Assembly (NCBI GenBank): GCA_963707915.1
Contig: OY970178.1
Location: forward strand, 224,001-288,000
Reading direction: 5' to 3'
Length of the DNA: 64,000 nt
From: Candidatus Eiseniibacteriota bacterium
GTDB taxonomy: Bacteria; Eisenbacteria; RBG-16-71-46
Part shown: in pieces, positions 12,116 through 20,630 of the stretch
Numbering within the stretch: position 1 is the stretch's first letter
Layout of the letters: every line of letters begins with the position of its first letter
Program-made: the position numbers and the translations under genes
Notes under the pieces: generated by a model
Seen by the model: only the letters and a program-made list of their open reading frames with translations
Database searches by the model: none
Told to the model about the DNA's origin: nothing

Positions 12116-13176
12116 TGTGGAGTCTCAGGACGTTGTTCTCACCCGGGGTCGCAACCGACTGAAGGGTGGTAGGCCGTCCAGACTACCGTGTGGACGTCTC
12201 TGGTTGTAGTAGCGAAGCCAGCGGGGCAGGACGCGGGCCCGGACCTCGGAGGTCAGGTAGGCGGCCCCGTAGGCCCACTCGCGGATCAGGGTCTGGATGA
12301 AGCGCTCGGCCTTGCCGTTCGTCCTCGGGCGGTAGGGCCGCGTACGTTTGTGGACCAAGCGCAGCCGTTCCACCTCGTGAGCAAAGCAGCGCGCGAGGTA
12401 GCCCGAGCCGTTGTCACTGAGGATTCGGCGGATGCGGATGCCCAAGGTGCGGAACCAGGCCACAGCACGACGCAGGAACGCTGCCGAGGTCACGCCGGTC
12501 TCGTCCCGCAGCACCTCGGCATAGGCGATCCGGCTGCGGTCGTCGATGGCGACGTGCACGTAGTCCCAGCCCACCCGATGACCCCGTCGCCGGCGGTCTC
12601 CGGTGATGCGGTGACCGTAGAAGCCACTGATCCGCCCCAGTTTCTTGACGTCGAAGTGGAGCAGGTCCCCCGGGCGACGATGCTGGTAGCGGTTCGCGGG
12701 CTCCTGCGGCTCGAGCTTCTGGAGCCGTTCCAGCCCGGCGCGTTTGAGCACCCGCGCCACCGTTGCCCGCGGACGCTTCAGGTCCCGGGCGATCTGCGGC
12801 CCGGTCATCCTCGTGCGCCGCAGCAGCAGGATCATCTCCCGCCATTCGATCGGGGTCGCGTGGGGGTGGCGCCGAGGCCGCGAGCTGCGGTCCTGCAGGC
12901 TGGCCGAGTCCTCGGCCTGGTAGCGGCCCAGCCACTTGTGGGCCGTCCGGCGGCTGATCCCTGCGGCCGTGGCCGCTCGGGTCACGCTCCAGCCCGACTC
13001 CCGTACCCGGCCAACAAGCAGTGCTCGACTGGCAGGGCAGGTCCGTGCTCCACTGTGGAGGTTCATCCGGGGTTCCTCGCTGGTCAGACGTTGACGGCTT
13101 CGAACACCACCAACATCTGTCAGAAGGACCCCGGTTGAACAGTCTCAACCTGTGAACAACCTAGTGAGACTCCACA
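12116..13176 (-). mobile_element. IS481-family insertion sequence, 1061 bp
   Basis: TGT...ACA ends with inverted repeat TGTGGAGTCTCA/TGAGACTCCACA; 6-bp target duplication CCTAGG (NCTAGN type) at 12110-12115 and 13177-13182. Confidence 0.93.
12125..13066 (-). CDS. IS481-family transposase
   Basis: MNLHSGAR N-terminus, HTH, PGDLLHFDVKKLGRI, HVAIDDRSR, LSDNGS, TRPYRPRTNGKAERFIQT, YNQRRPH. Confidence 0.95.
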   Translation of the reverse strand: MNLHSGARTCPASRALLVGRVRESGWSVTRAATAAGISRRTAHKWLGRYQAEDSASLQDRSSRPRRHPHATPIEWREMILLLRRTRMTGPQIARDLKRPRATVARVLKRAGLERLQKLEPQEPANRYQHRRPGDLLHFDVKKLGRISGFYGHRITGDRRRRGHRVGWDYVHVAIDDRSRIAYAEVLRDETGVTSAAFLRRAVAWFRTLGIRIRRILSDNGSGYLARCFAHEVERLRLVHKRTRPYRPRTNGKAERFIQTLIREWAYGAAYLTSEVRARVLPRWLRYYNQRRPHGSLDGLPPFSRLRPRVRTTS

Positions 13177-13805
13177 CCTAGGCCGTGAAGGAACCAGACC
13201 TTGCTGTCTCCCATGGTCGTCACGACCAGGTCGAGGTGGCCGTCTCCGTCGAAGTCGGCGATGGCGATTCCGACGGGATGGGGGCCGACGGTGTGGAACT
13301 GTGGCGGGCCGAAGGTGCCATCGCCGATGCCGCCGCTTCCGCCGCCGAGCATCACGGCGATCGTGTTGTTGACTCCGCCGTCCTGGGCCTCTGACTGGCA
13401 GGCGACCAGGTCCAGGATGCCGTCGCCGTTCAGGTCGGCGAGCTCCACGCGGTTCGTGCGAGTGCCCACGGCCTGCAGCGTCGCCGGAGCGAACCAGGCC
13501 GGCTGGTCGCAAGGTGCGGACGCGCTGCCCGTCGGCGACAGCAGGCCGGTGCCGGCGAGCAGGCAGAAGGTCAGGAGCGTGGCGATGGAATGGAAGATGT
13601 TCCGCATGGTCGGCCTCCGCGCGTTCAGGGACAGGGGCGATCCCCGCTGGTCACCCAAGTACAGCATAGGACCGGCGGGAGCCGTCCGAAACCGGATTCT
13701 CGGCGCTGATGGCGGGGAGGCACGTCCGGTCCCGGCTGCGGGCACGACCCCCGCCCACTAGTGTATATTCCGACAGCCCATGACCTTCCAACCGAGGCCC
13801 GCCGC

Positions 13806-15878
13806 ATGAACCCGGTCGCCGACTCTCCCGCGCTCCAGCCGCCGTCCGATCTCAACCCCCGCCCCGAGCCGGTGCTCGACTTTCCCGACCGCGAGCTGGG
13901 GGAGATGACGCCGGCGGACTACGACACGCTGGGCTTCATGTCGGGGCTCGAGGTCCACCAGCAGATCGTCACCCGCGGCAAGCTCTTCTGCCGCTGCCCG
14001 GCCGGCCGGCGCGTCACCCGGGTGGACGCCGAGGTGCTGCGCCACATGCGCCCCACGCTCTCGGAGCTGGGCGAGTACGACGGCTGCGCGCTGATGGAGT
14101 TCAAGACCCGCAAGGAGATCGTCTACCTGCTCGAGCGGGGCACCGTCTGCACCTACGAGATCGACGACACGCCGCCCTTCCCGATGGACGACGAGGCGGT
14201 GCGCGTCGCCCTCGAGATCGCCCTGCTCTTCGGCCTGAACCTGGTCTCCGAGCTGCACGTGATGCGCAAGCAGTACCTGGACGGCTCGATCCCGACCGGC
14301 TTCCAGCGCACGGCGATGATGGGGCTCGCCGGGAGCATCCCGTTCCGGGTGCCCGAGCTGGGGGTGGACCGCGAACTGCGCATCCGCCAGTACTCGCTCG
14401 AGGAGGACTCCTGCCGCGAGGTCTCCGACGTCGGGCACCGCATCACCTTCCGCACCGACCGGCTGGGGATGCCGCTGATCGAGACGGTGACCGAGCCCGA
14501 CCTGCTCACGCCCTTCGAGGTCGCGGCCGGTGGCCGCCTGCTGGCCCGCGTGGCGCGCGCCTCGGGCAAGGTGCGGCGCGGGGCCGGCGCGGCGCGCCAG
14601 GACACCAACGTGTCGGTCGCCGGCGGCCGGCGGGTCGAGATCAAGGGCGTGGGCAACCACCGGCACCTGCCGCTGCTCACGCACAACGAGGCCTTCCGGC
14701 AGCTGAACCTGCTGCGGGTCCGGGCCGAGCTGCGGCGCCGCGGGGTGAAGGCCGAGGCGCTGGCGGTCCCCGACGGGCCGCGGCCCTGGGAGCGCTCGCC
14801 GCTGGTCGTGCATGCGGGCCCCATGCTCCGGCGCTCCGAGTACATGCCGCTGCGCGAGGCGCGCGAGCGGGGCGACACGGTGGTGGCGCTGGCGCTGCCC
14901 GGCTTCGGCGGTCTGCTGTCGCGGCCCACGCAGCCGGGCGTCACCTTCGCCCGCGAGTTCGCCGACCGCGTCCGGGTGATAGCCTGCCTCACGGCGCGCC
15001 CGTTCATGATCCACTCCGACCTGACCGACTACGGCCTGACGCCCGCCGAATGGCGCGCGCTGCGCAAGAGCCTGCGCGCCGGGCCGGCCGACGCCACCGT
15101 GGTGTTGTGGGGCACCGAGCAGGACGTGGAGACGGCGGTGCGCGAGGTGTTCCTGCGCGCGCGCGACGCGCTGGTCGGAGTCCCGGCGGAGACGCGACAG
15201 TCGTTCTCGGACGGGACCAACGGGTTCGAGCGCATCCTGCCGGGAGCCGACCGCATGTACCCCGACACCGACACGCCGCCGAAGGCCATCCCCGAGGAGT
15301 GGGTGGTCGAGATCACCGCGCGCCTGTCCGAGCGTCCCTGGGTCCGGGAGGAGCGCTACCGCGCCCTCGGGCTGTCCGAGGAGCTGGCGAACCGCCTGGC
15401 GGTCGCCACCGGGACCGCGGACCTCTTCGACGCGCTCGCCGTGCCGGTCGGGCCGGCCGCGGCGCGCGTGGCGGGGGCGCTGCTCAAGCGCCCGGCGCGG
15501 TGGCGCCGGCGGCGGTCCGGAGAGGCGCCGGCCAGCGCGGAGCGCCTGCAGCCGCTGGTGGCGGCCTTCGTGCGGGGCGAGTTGCGGCCGGAGGGCTTCG
15601 AGCGCGCGATCGAGCGGGCGCTGGTCGAACCGGGGCGCACGGTGGTGGAGCTGATCGAGGCCGTGCGGCCGCGGGCGGGCGACGCCGAGGCGGCCGCCCG
15701 CAGCATCGCCGCGGCGGTCGAGCGCTGCGCCGGGCAGCCGGAGCGCCCGCGGTCGAGCCTGGTGCGCTGGACCATGGGGCTGGTGATGCGGGACCTGGTC
15801 GGGCGCGTGGATCCGCGCGAGCTGCAGGCGCGGCTCGAAGCGGCGCTCGCGGCCCGCGAGATCGGGGTGACGCGATGA
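13806..15878 (+). CDS. gatE: Glu-tRNA(Gln) amidotransferase subunit E (archaeal type)
   Basis: GLEVHQQ, KLFCRCP, RPTLSELGEYD, MRKQYLDGSIPTGFQRT, EEDSCR, DRLGMPLIE, RQDTNVSV, AspRS-like insertion (EFADRV...IHSD), PGADRMYPDTD. Start could be 13761. Confidence 0.9.
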   Translation: MNPVADSPALQPPSDLNPRPEPVLDFPDRELGEMTPADYDTLGFMSGLEVHQQIVTRGKLFCRCPAGRRVTRVDAEVLRHMRPTLSELGEYDGCALMEFKTRKEIVYLLERGTVCTYEIDDTPPFPMDDEAVRVALEIALLFGLNLVSELHVMRKQYLDGSIPTGFQRTAMMGLAGSIPFRVPELGVDRELRIRQYSLEEDSCREVSDVGHRITFRTDRLGMPLIETVTEPDLLTPFEVAAGGRLLARVARASGKVRRGAGAARQDTNVSVAGGRRVEIKGVGNHRHLPLLTHNEAFRQLNLLRVRAELRRRGVKAEALAVPDGPRPWERSPLVVHAGPMLRRSEYMPLREARERGDTVVALALPGFGGLLSRPTQPGVTFAREFADRVRVIACLTARPFMIHSDLTDYGLTPAEWRALRKSLRAGPADATVVLWGTEQDVETAVREVFLRARDALVGVPAETRQSFSDGTNGFERILPGADRMYPDTDTPPKAIPEEWVVEITARLSERPWVREERYRALGLSEELANRLAVATGTADLFDALAVPVGPAAARVAGALLKRPARWRRRRSGEAPASAERLQPLVAAFVRGELRPEGFERAIERALVEPGRTVVELIEAVRPRAGDAEAAARSIAAAVERCAGQPERPRSSLVRWTMGLVMRDLVGRVDPRELQARLEAALAAREIGVTR

Positions 15879-17263
15879 GCGACGATCGCTACAAGGGCTA
15901 CCGTGACCCCTGCCTGTCGGTGCTGAAGCGCTTCGACGTGACCGTGTGGTGCGAGCTGCGCGCCCGCACCACGCGCGGCGACTTCGAGGGCCTGCTGCTC
16001 CCGCGCTCGGAGACCGCCGACCCGCTGCACCTGGTGCTCAAGCTGCCGACCGGCTACAACGTCGGCCTGCGCCACGACACCGTGACCGGGCTCGAGAAGA
16101 TCGGCTACCGCGAGGCGCACTACCAGATCCCCGAGCGCCAGTTCCCGGTGAACCCCTCGATGCCGCGGGTGAAGCTGCTGGGCACCGGCGGCACGATCGC
16201 CTCGCGGCTCGACTACCGCACCGGTGCGGTCATCCCCGCCTTCAGCCCCGGCGAGCTCTACGGTTCGGTGCCGGAACTGGCGGACATCTGCAACCTCGAG
16301 ACCGAGAAGCTCTTCGGCGTGTTCTCGGAGAACATGGGACCGGAGCAGTACATCGTGCTGGCCGAGCGGATCGGCGAGGCCATCCGCGACGGTTGGGACG
16401 GCGTCGTCGTCGGCCACGGCACCGACACCATGCACCACACCGCCGCGGCGCTCTCGTTCATGGTCCAGCGCTCGCCGGTGCCGATCATCATGGTGGGCAG
16501 CCAGCGCTCCTCCGACCGGCCCTCGTCGGACGCGGCCCAGAACCTGATCAGCGCGACCTGGGCCGCCGCCCACGGTCCCATCGCCGAGGTCATGGTGTGC
16601 ATGTTCGGCCCGACCTCGGACCGCTACAACCTGCTGCACCGCGGCACGCGGGTGCGCAAGATGCACACCTCCTACCGCAGCACCTTCCGCACGCTGGGGG
16701 ACATCCCGCTGGCGATGGTCGAGCGCGGGAAGCTCACGCCGCTCAAGGAGGACTGGGCGCCCCGGCGCAAGGACCGCGAGGTCACGGTGCAGGCGGTGTT
16801 CGAGGAGCGCGTCACCATCGTCTACTACTACCCGAACATGAATCCCGACCTGATCGACGCGCTGGTGGAGAAGGGCTACAAGGGCATCGTCATCGCGGGC
16901 ACCGGCCTGGGGCACGTGAACCGCAAGATCTACCCGGCGCTCGATCGCGCGTGCAAGGCCGGCGTGCTGATCTTCATGGCGGTGCAGACGCTCTGGGGCT
17001 TCGTGCAGATGTACGTCTACGAGACCGGCCGCGAGATCCTCGAGCTGGGCGTCACCCCGCTGGCGAACATGCTGCCCGAGGTGGCCTACATCAAGCTGGG
17101 CTGGGCGCTGGGCGTGCATCCCGACGATCCCGAGGCGGCGCGGCGCCTCATGATCACGCCGATCGCCGGCGAGACCACCGAGCGCGAGCCGCACGACGGC
17201 TACCTGGTGTTCCAGGGAGGCGTTCCCGAGATCCAGGAGTTCCTGGGCAAGGTCTGGAAGTGA
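15875..17263 (+). CDS. gatD: Glu-tRNA(Gln) amidotransferase subunit D (asparaginase-like)
   Basis: GatD-specific N-terminal domain (LVLKLPTGYNVG), TGGTIASRLDYRTGAV, HGTDTM, GSQRSSDRPSSD, HRGTRVRKMHTS, GTGLGHV, MLPEVAYIKLGW; ATGA overlap with gatE. Confidence 0.92.
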   Translation: MSDDRYKGYRDPCLSVLKRFDVTVWCELRARTTRGDFEGLLLPRSETADPLHLVLKLPTGYNVGLRHDTVTGLEKIGYREAHYQIPERQFPVNPSMPRVKLLGTGGTIASRLDYRTGAVIPAFSPGELYGSVPELADICNLETEKLFGVFSENMGPEQYIVLAERIGEAIRDGWDGVVVGHGTDTMHHTAAALSFMVQRSPVPIIMVGSQRSSDRPSSDAAQNLISATWAAAHGPIAEVMVCMFGPTSDRYNLLHRGTRVRKMHTSYRSTFRTLGDIPLAMVERGKLTPLKEDWAPRRKDREVTVQAVFEERVTIVYYYPNMNPDLIDALVEKGYKGIVIAGTGLGHVNRKIYPALDRACKAGVLIFMAVQTLWGFVQMYVYETGREILELGVTPLANMLPEVAYIKLGWALGVHPDDPEAARRLMITPIAGETTEREPHDGYLVFQGGVPEIQEFLGKVWK

Positions 17264-17285
17264 ACCGACAAGGACGGATGGCCGC

Positions 17286-18728
17286 ATGAAGCCGACGACG
17301 ATGCCAGTGACCGAAGCGAGACCGGAACCGCAGACGGGGGGCACGGGGGCCGCGGCGCCGAGGTTGACGGCCTGCCTGCTCGAGCGCGAGATCGGCCGGC
17401 CGGCCGCGGCCTGGACGGTGGACGACCTGCTGGCGCTCGCCGCCGGGCGCGGCGTGCGCCTGGTGAGCCTGATGCACGTGGGCGGCGACGGCTGCCTCAA
17501 GGTCCTGGACTTCGTGCCGCAGAGCCGCGAACACCTGCGCGACATCCTCTCCGGGGGCGAGCGGGCCGACGGCTCGAGCCTGTTCGCCGGGCTCGGTCTC
17601 GAGGTCGGGGCCTCGGACATCCTGCTGCGGCCGCGCGTCGAGACCGCATTCCTCGACCCGTTCGCGGCCCAGCCCACGCTGGCCTTGCTGTGCGGACACG
17701 CGGGGCGCGACGGCGACAGCCTGCCCCAGTCGCCCGACACCATCGTGCGGCGGGCCGCCGCGCGGACGGCGAGCGAACTGGACGTCGACCTGCACGCGCT
17801 GGGCGAGGTCGAGTACTTCCTCGGCCGTCGCGCGGGCGAGGAGGACGCCTACGGCGCGAACGACCGCGGCTACCACGCCACCTCGCCGTTCGTCTTCGGC
17901 GAGGCGCTGCGGCGCGAGGCCATGGCCCTGCTGGCCGAGATCGGCGTGCCGGTCAAGTACGGGCACAGCGAGGTGGGCTACGTCCAGGCCACCGAGTCGG
18001 ACGGGTACATCTGGGAGCAGCACGAGATCGAGCTCGGGCTCGCCCCGCTCGCCGCCGCCGCGGACGCGGTGGTGCTCACGCACTGGGTGCTGCGCAACCT
18101 CGCCTACCGCGAGGGCATGCGCTGCAGCTTCGATCCGATCCTGCGCCGCGGTCACGCCGGCACCGGCCTGCATTTCCATTTCTCGCCGGTCCGCGACGGG
18201 GCCCACCTCGGCGGGCGCGGTGCGGACGGGACGCTGAGCGCGCCCGCGCAGTGGCTGATCGCCGGGCTGGTGCGCATGGGCGGGGCGCTGATGGCGTTCG
18301 GCAACCGCACCGAGGGCTCGCTCATCCGCCTCACGCAGGCCAAGGAGGCGCCCAACACCATCGTCTGGGGCGAGTTCGACCGCAGCGCGCTGGTGCGGCT
18401 GCCGATCGTGGCGACGACCACCGACGGCCGCGCGGTCAGCCCGCCGACCATCGAGTTCCGGCTGCCCGACGGTTCGGCCCACCCGCACCTGCTGCTCGCG
18501 GGCGTCGCCCAGGTGATGATCGAGGCGCGCTCGGTCGGGCACCTCGAGGCGTTGCTCGAGCGCACCTCGGTGAAGGCGCTCAAGCGCGGGGCCGGGACCG
18601 CCACGCCCGTGCCGACGCGGTTCCTGGAGGTGGCGCAGGCGCTCCAGGCGAGCCGCTCCGCGCTCGAGGCCGGCGGGGTCTTCCCGCCGGTGCTGCTGGA
18701 TCGGTTCATCGAGCGGTTGAGGGCCTGA
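17286..18728 (+). CDS. glnA: Glutamine synthetase family protein (type I-like)
   Basis: ERADGSSLF, GEVEYF, KYGHSEVG, EQHEIE, HAGTGLHFH, EAP, RSALVRLP, TIEFRLPDGSA. Confidence 0.8.
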   Translation: MKPTTMPVTEARPEPQTGGTGAAAPRLTACLLEREIGRPAAAWTVDDLLALAAGRGVRLVSLMHVGGDGCLKVLDFVPQSREHLRDILSGGERADGSSLFAGLGLEVGASDILLRPRVETAFLDPFAAQPTLALLCGHAGRDGDSLPQSPDTIVRRAAARTASELDVDLHALGEVEYFLGRRAGEEDAYGANDRGYHATSPFVFGEALRREAMALLAEIGVPVKYGHSEVGYVQATESDGYIWEQHEIELGLAPLAAAADAVVLTHWVLRNLAYREGMRCSFDPILRRGHAGTGLHFHFSPVRDGAHLGGRGADGTLSAPAQWLIAGLVRMGGALMAFGNRTEGSLIRLTQAKEAPNTIVWGEFDRSALVRLPIVATTTDGRAVSPPTIEFRLPDGSAHPHLLLAGVAQVMIEARSVGHLEALLERTSVKALKRGAGTATPVPTRFLEVAQALQASRSALEAGGVFPPVLLDRFIERLRA

Positions 18729-18785
18729 GGCGGCGGCGGGCCCGCAGCCCCGCGGCCGCGCGCCCCTCGGGGCGCCCGGGTCTGA

Positions 18786-18821
18786 ACGAAGACGGCCGGG
18801 CACGCGCCCGGCCGTCTTCGT
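18786..18821. terminator. Bidirectional terminator hairpin between convergent genes
   Basis: Perfect 16-bp stem ACGAAGACGGCCGGGC / GCCCGGCCGTCTTCGT with a 4-nt loop. Confidence 0.75.
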
Positions 18822-18838
18822 GAGCGTCGCGACGCGCC

Positions 18839-20190
18839 TCAGGCCTTGCCGGCCAGCGCCTCCTCGATGGTCGAGCAGTCCACCAGGCCGGCGCAGCCGT
18901 AGAGCACGGGCAGCAGCTTCGCGGGCGCGTGGCGGCGACGCAGGTCGGCGACCAGGTCGGTGCCGGCGCGGTAGCACGGCAGGTACATGCGCCCCATCAG
19001 CGGGTGCTTGCCCCACGCCCCGGCGAACTTGCCGGCGCGCTCCTCGGAGACCAGGAAGTCGCGCCGCAGCACCGGCGCCACCTCCTTCTCCGCCAGGCGC
19101 TCCTGCCACGTCAGGTACGAGGCCTGGTTCTTGGCGTCGTCCTGCAGCAGCGCCAGCAGCAGGCCGATCTTGAGGTCGTCGTCGGGGACCTGCTCCAGCT
19201 CGGTCACGCCGTGGGCGATGAGGATGGCGTTGTTGGCGATGCCCTCGGAGAGCGTGGCCCCGCGGGTGTTCATGGTGAGCACCGAGGCCTCGAAGCCGAT
19301 CTGCTTGCGCCAGTAGAGGTCCTGCAGGAACGCGAAGGTGGTGACGTGGCCGGGCACCACCTCGTGCGAGACCAACTGCTCGAACTCGGGCACCGTGATC
19401 TGGAGCGACGCGTTGATCTCGTACGAGGCCTCGTACTCCGGCCGGCCGCCGGGGCGGCGCTTGCGGCCCAGGTAGTTCATCGAGCCCGAGAACCATGCGT
19501 CCTTGATGGGCAGGAACTCGATGTTGTCCATCGGCACGTCGCCCATCTCGCTTGGCAGGAACGGGCGCAGGTTGCGCTCGGCCAGCGCGCGGTAGTGGGC
19601 GATGTAGGCGGCGCCGACCGACCGCACGCACGCCATCGGCACGTAGCGTGCGCCGCGCCAGGCGTCCACCGCGGCGAGCAGGTCGCGCGTCGCCCTTCGA
19701 CGGGTGGCCGACGCGGGCGAGCAGTTCCTGCACCTGGCCGCGCTTGGCCGCCGGGTCCGAGGGCGAGGGCGGCTGGCCGGTCGAGGCCAGCACGCAGCGC
19801 TCGTAGGGCACGGGCTGGCCCTTGCCGAGGATCTCCATCGCCAGGTCCCACATCACCTCGAAGCGACTCGGCCATCCCCGCGACGTAGCGCCCGCGCAGG
19901 CCGGGGAGCTCCTTCGCCTCGGCGCCGAGGGCGGCGATGGCGCCGCGCACGTCCACCGCGGCGAGGTAGGCCTCGATCGCGGCGCGGTCGGGCGCCTTCG
20001 CCGAGACCCCGCCGCCGTCGCGCACGGGCGCGGCGGTGGGGTGCGTGTAGGCGAGCGGCATGGGGGCGTCGGAGAACCACGAGTCGGCGATGAAGCGCCC
20101 CAGGCCGGAGGGGTTCATGACGTCGCCGCCCCACAGGGTGTCGATGCCGAGGACGGCGTTGGCGACGTGCTCGTCGAAGCGCTGGCTCAT
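18839..20190 (-). pseudogene. DUF885-like HExxPGH metallopeptidase-fold protein split by two apparent +1 frameshifts (possibly sequencing errors)
   Basis: GGAGG RBS and MSQRFDEH start; coding-like frame switches near 19860 (AESL to EVMWDL) and 19685 (KGDA to DLLAAVD); SHEVVPGH and LSEGIA motifs. Confidence 0.65.
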
Positions 20191-20389
20191 GGAGCCTCCT
20201 CGTGGCCGGACCCGGGGCGGCGCGCGCGGGCGTGGCGGGGCTGGATGGAATCGCGATCTGCGGTCGGTCCCACCCGCCGGTGGCGGGTGGTGCCCGGGCA
20301 GTCTAGCCCGGCCGGTTCGTGAACCGCCAGCGCGAGGCGCGCCCGCTGCCGCCCGGGGAGGTGGCGGGGTGGCCCCCGGGCGGCCCGGA

Positions 20390-20430
20390 GACACGAACGC
20401 GCCCGGACCGCTTCATGGGTTCGGGCGCGT
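20390..20430 (-). terminator. Terminator/attenuator-like hairpin downstream of the small leader ORF
   Basis: Minus strand ACGCGCCCG-AACCCATGAAGCGGTC-CGGGCGCGT followed by TCGTGTCT; TTCG(T) tail like other hairpins in the window. Confidence 0.5.
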
Positions 20431-20468
20431 CGCTGTGGGCGGGGAGACCCGCCCATGTTCCGCCGAAG

Positions 20469-20525
20469 CTAGCGGCGGATCCACCACAGCAGATCGATGA
20501 ACATGACGATCAGGCCGAATTCCAC
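20469..20525 (-). CDS. Putative 18-aa leader peptide / small hydrophobic peptide MEFGLIVMFIDLLWWIRR
   Basis: GGAGGT Shine-Dalgarno (20531-20536) 5 nt before GTG; tandem TGG TGG codons; TAG stop; too short for the ORF track. Confidence 0.55.
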   Translation of the reverse strand: MEFGLIVMFIDLLWWIRR

Positions 20526-20630
20526 GGTCCACCTCCGCAGGGAGGGTGGCGCGCTCTTCGCGCGGTCAACCGTTCGAATCGGCCGTCCGTGGGTTGGCGT
20601 CACGGACGGGGGAAGCGGCTTCCTGTCGCT

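Larger units (their letters stand above)
10078..13607 (-). pseudogene. Secreted FG-GAP/VCBS-repeat protein with C-terminal FlgD-Ig/T9SS-like sorting domain, interrupted by IS481
   Basis: 5' part (signal peptide MRNIFHSIAT..., DLNGDGILDLV, DFDGDGHLDLV) and 3' part (DFNQDGILDLAV repeats, RDVPNDQGG, PNPSPRG...GRYVIRL) rejoin in frame as FLHGLGDGTFAAAVSS once the IS and one CCTAGG copy are removed. Confidence 0.88.
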
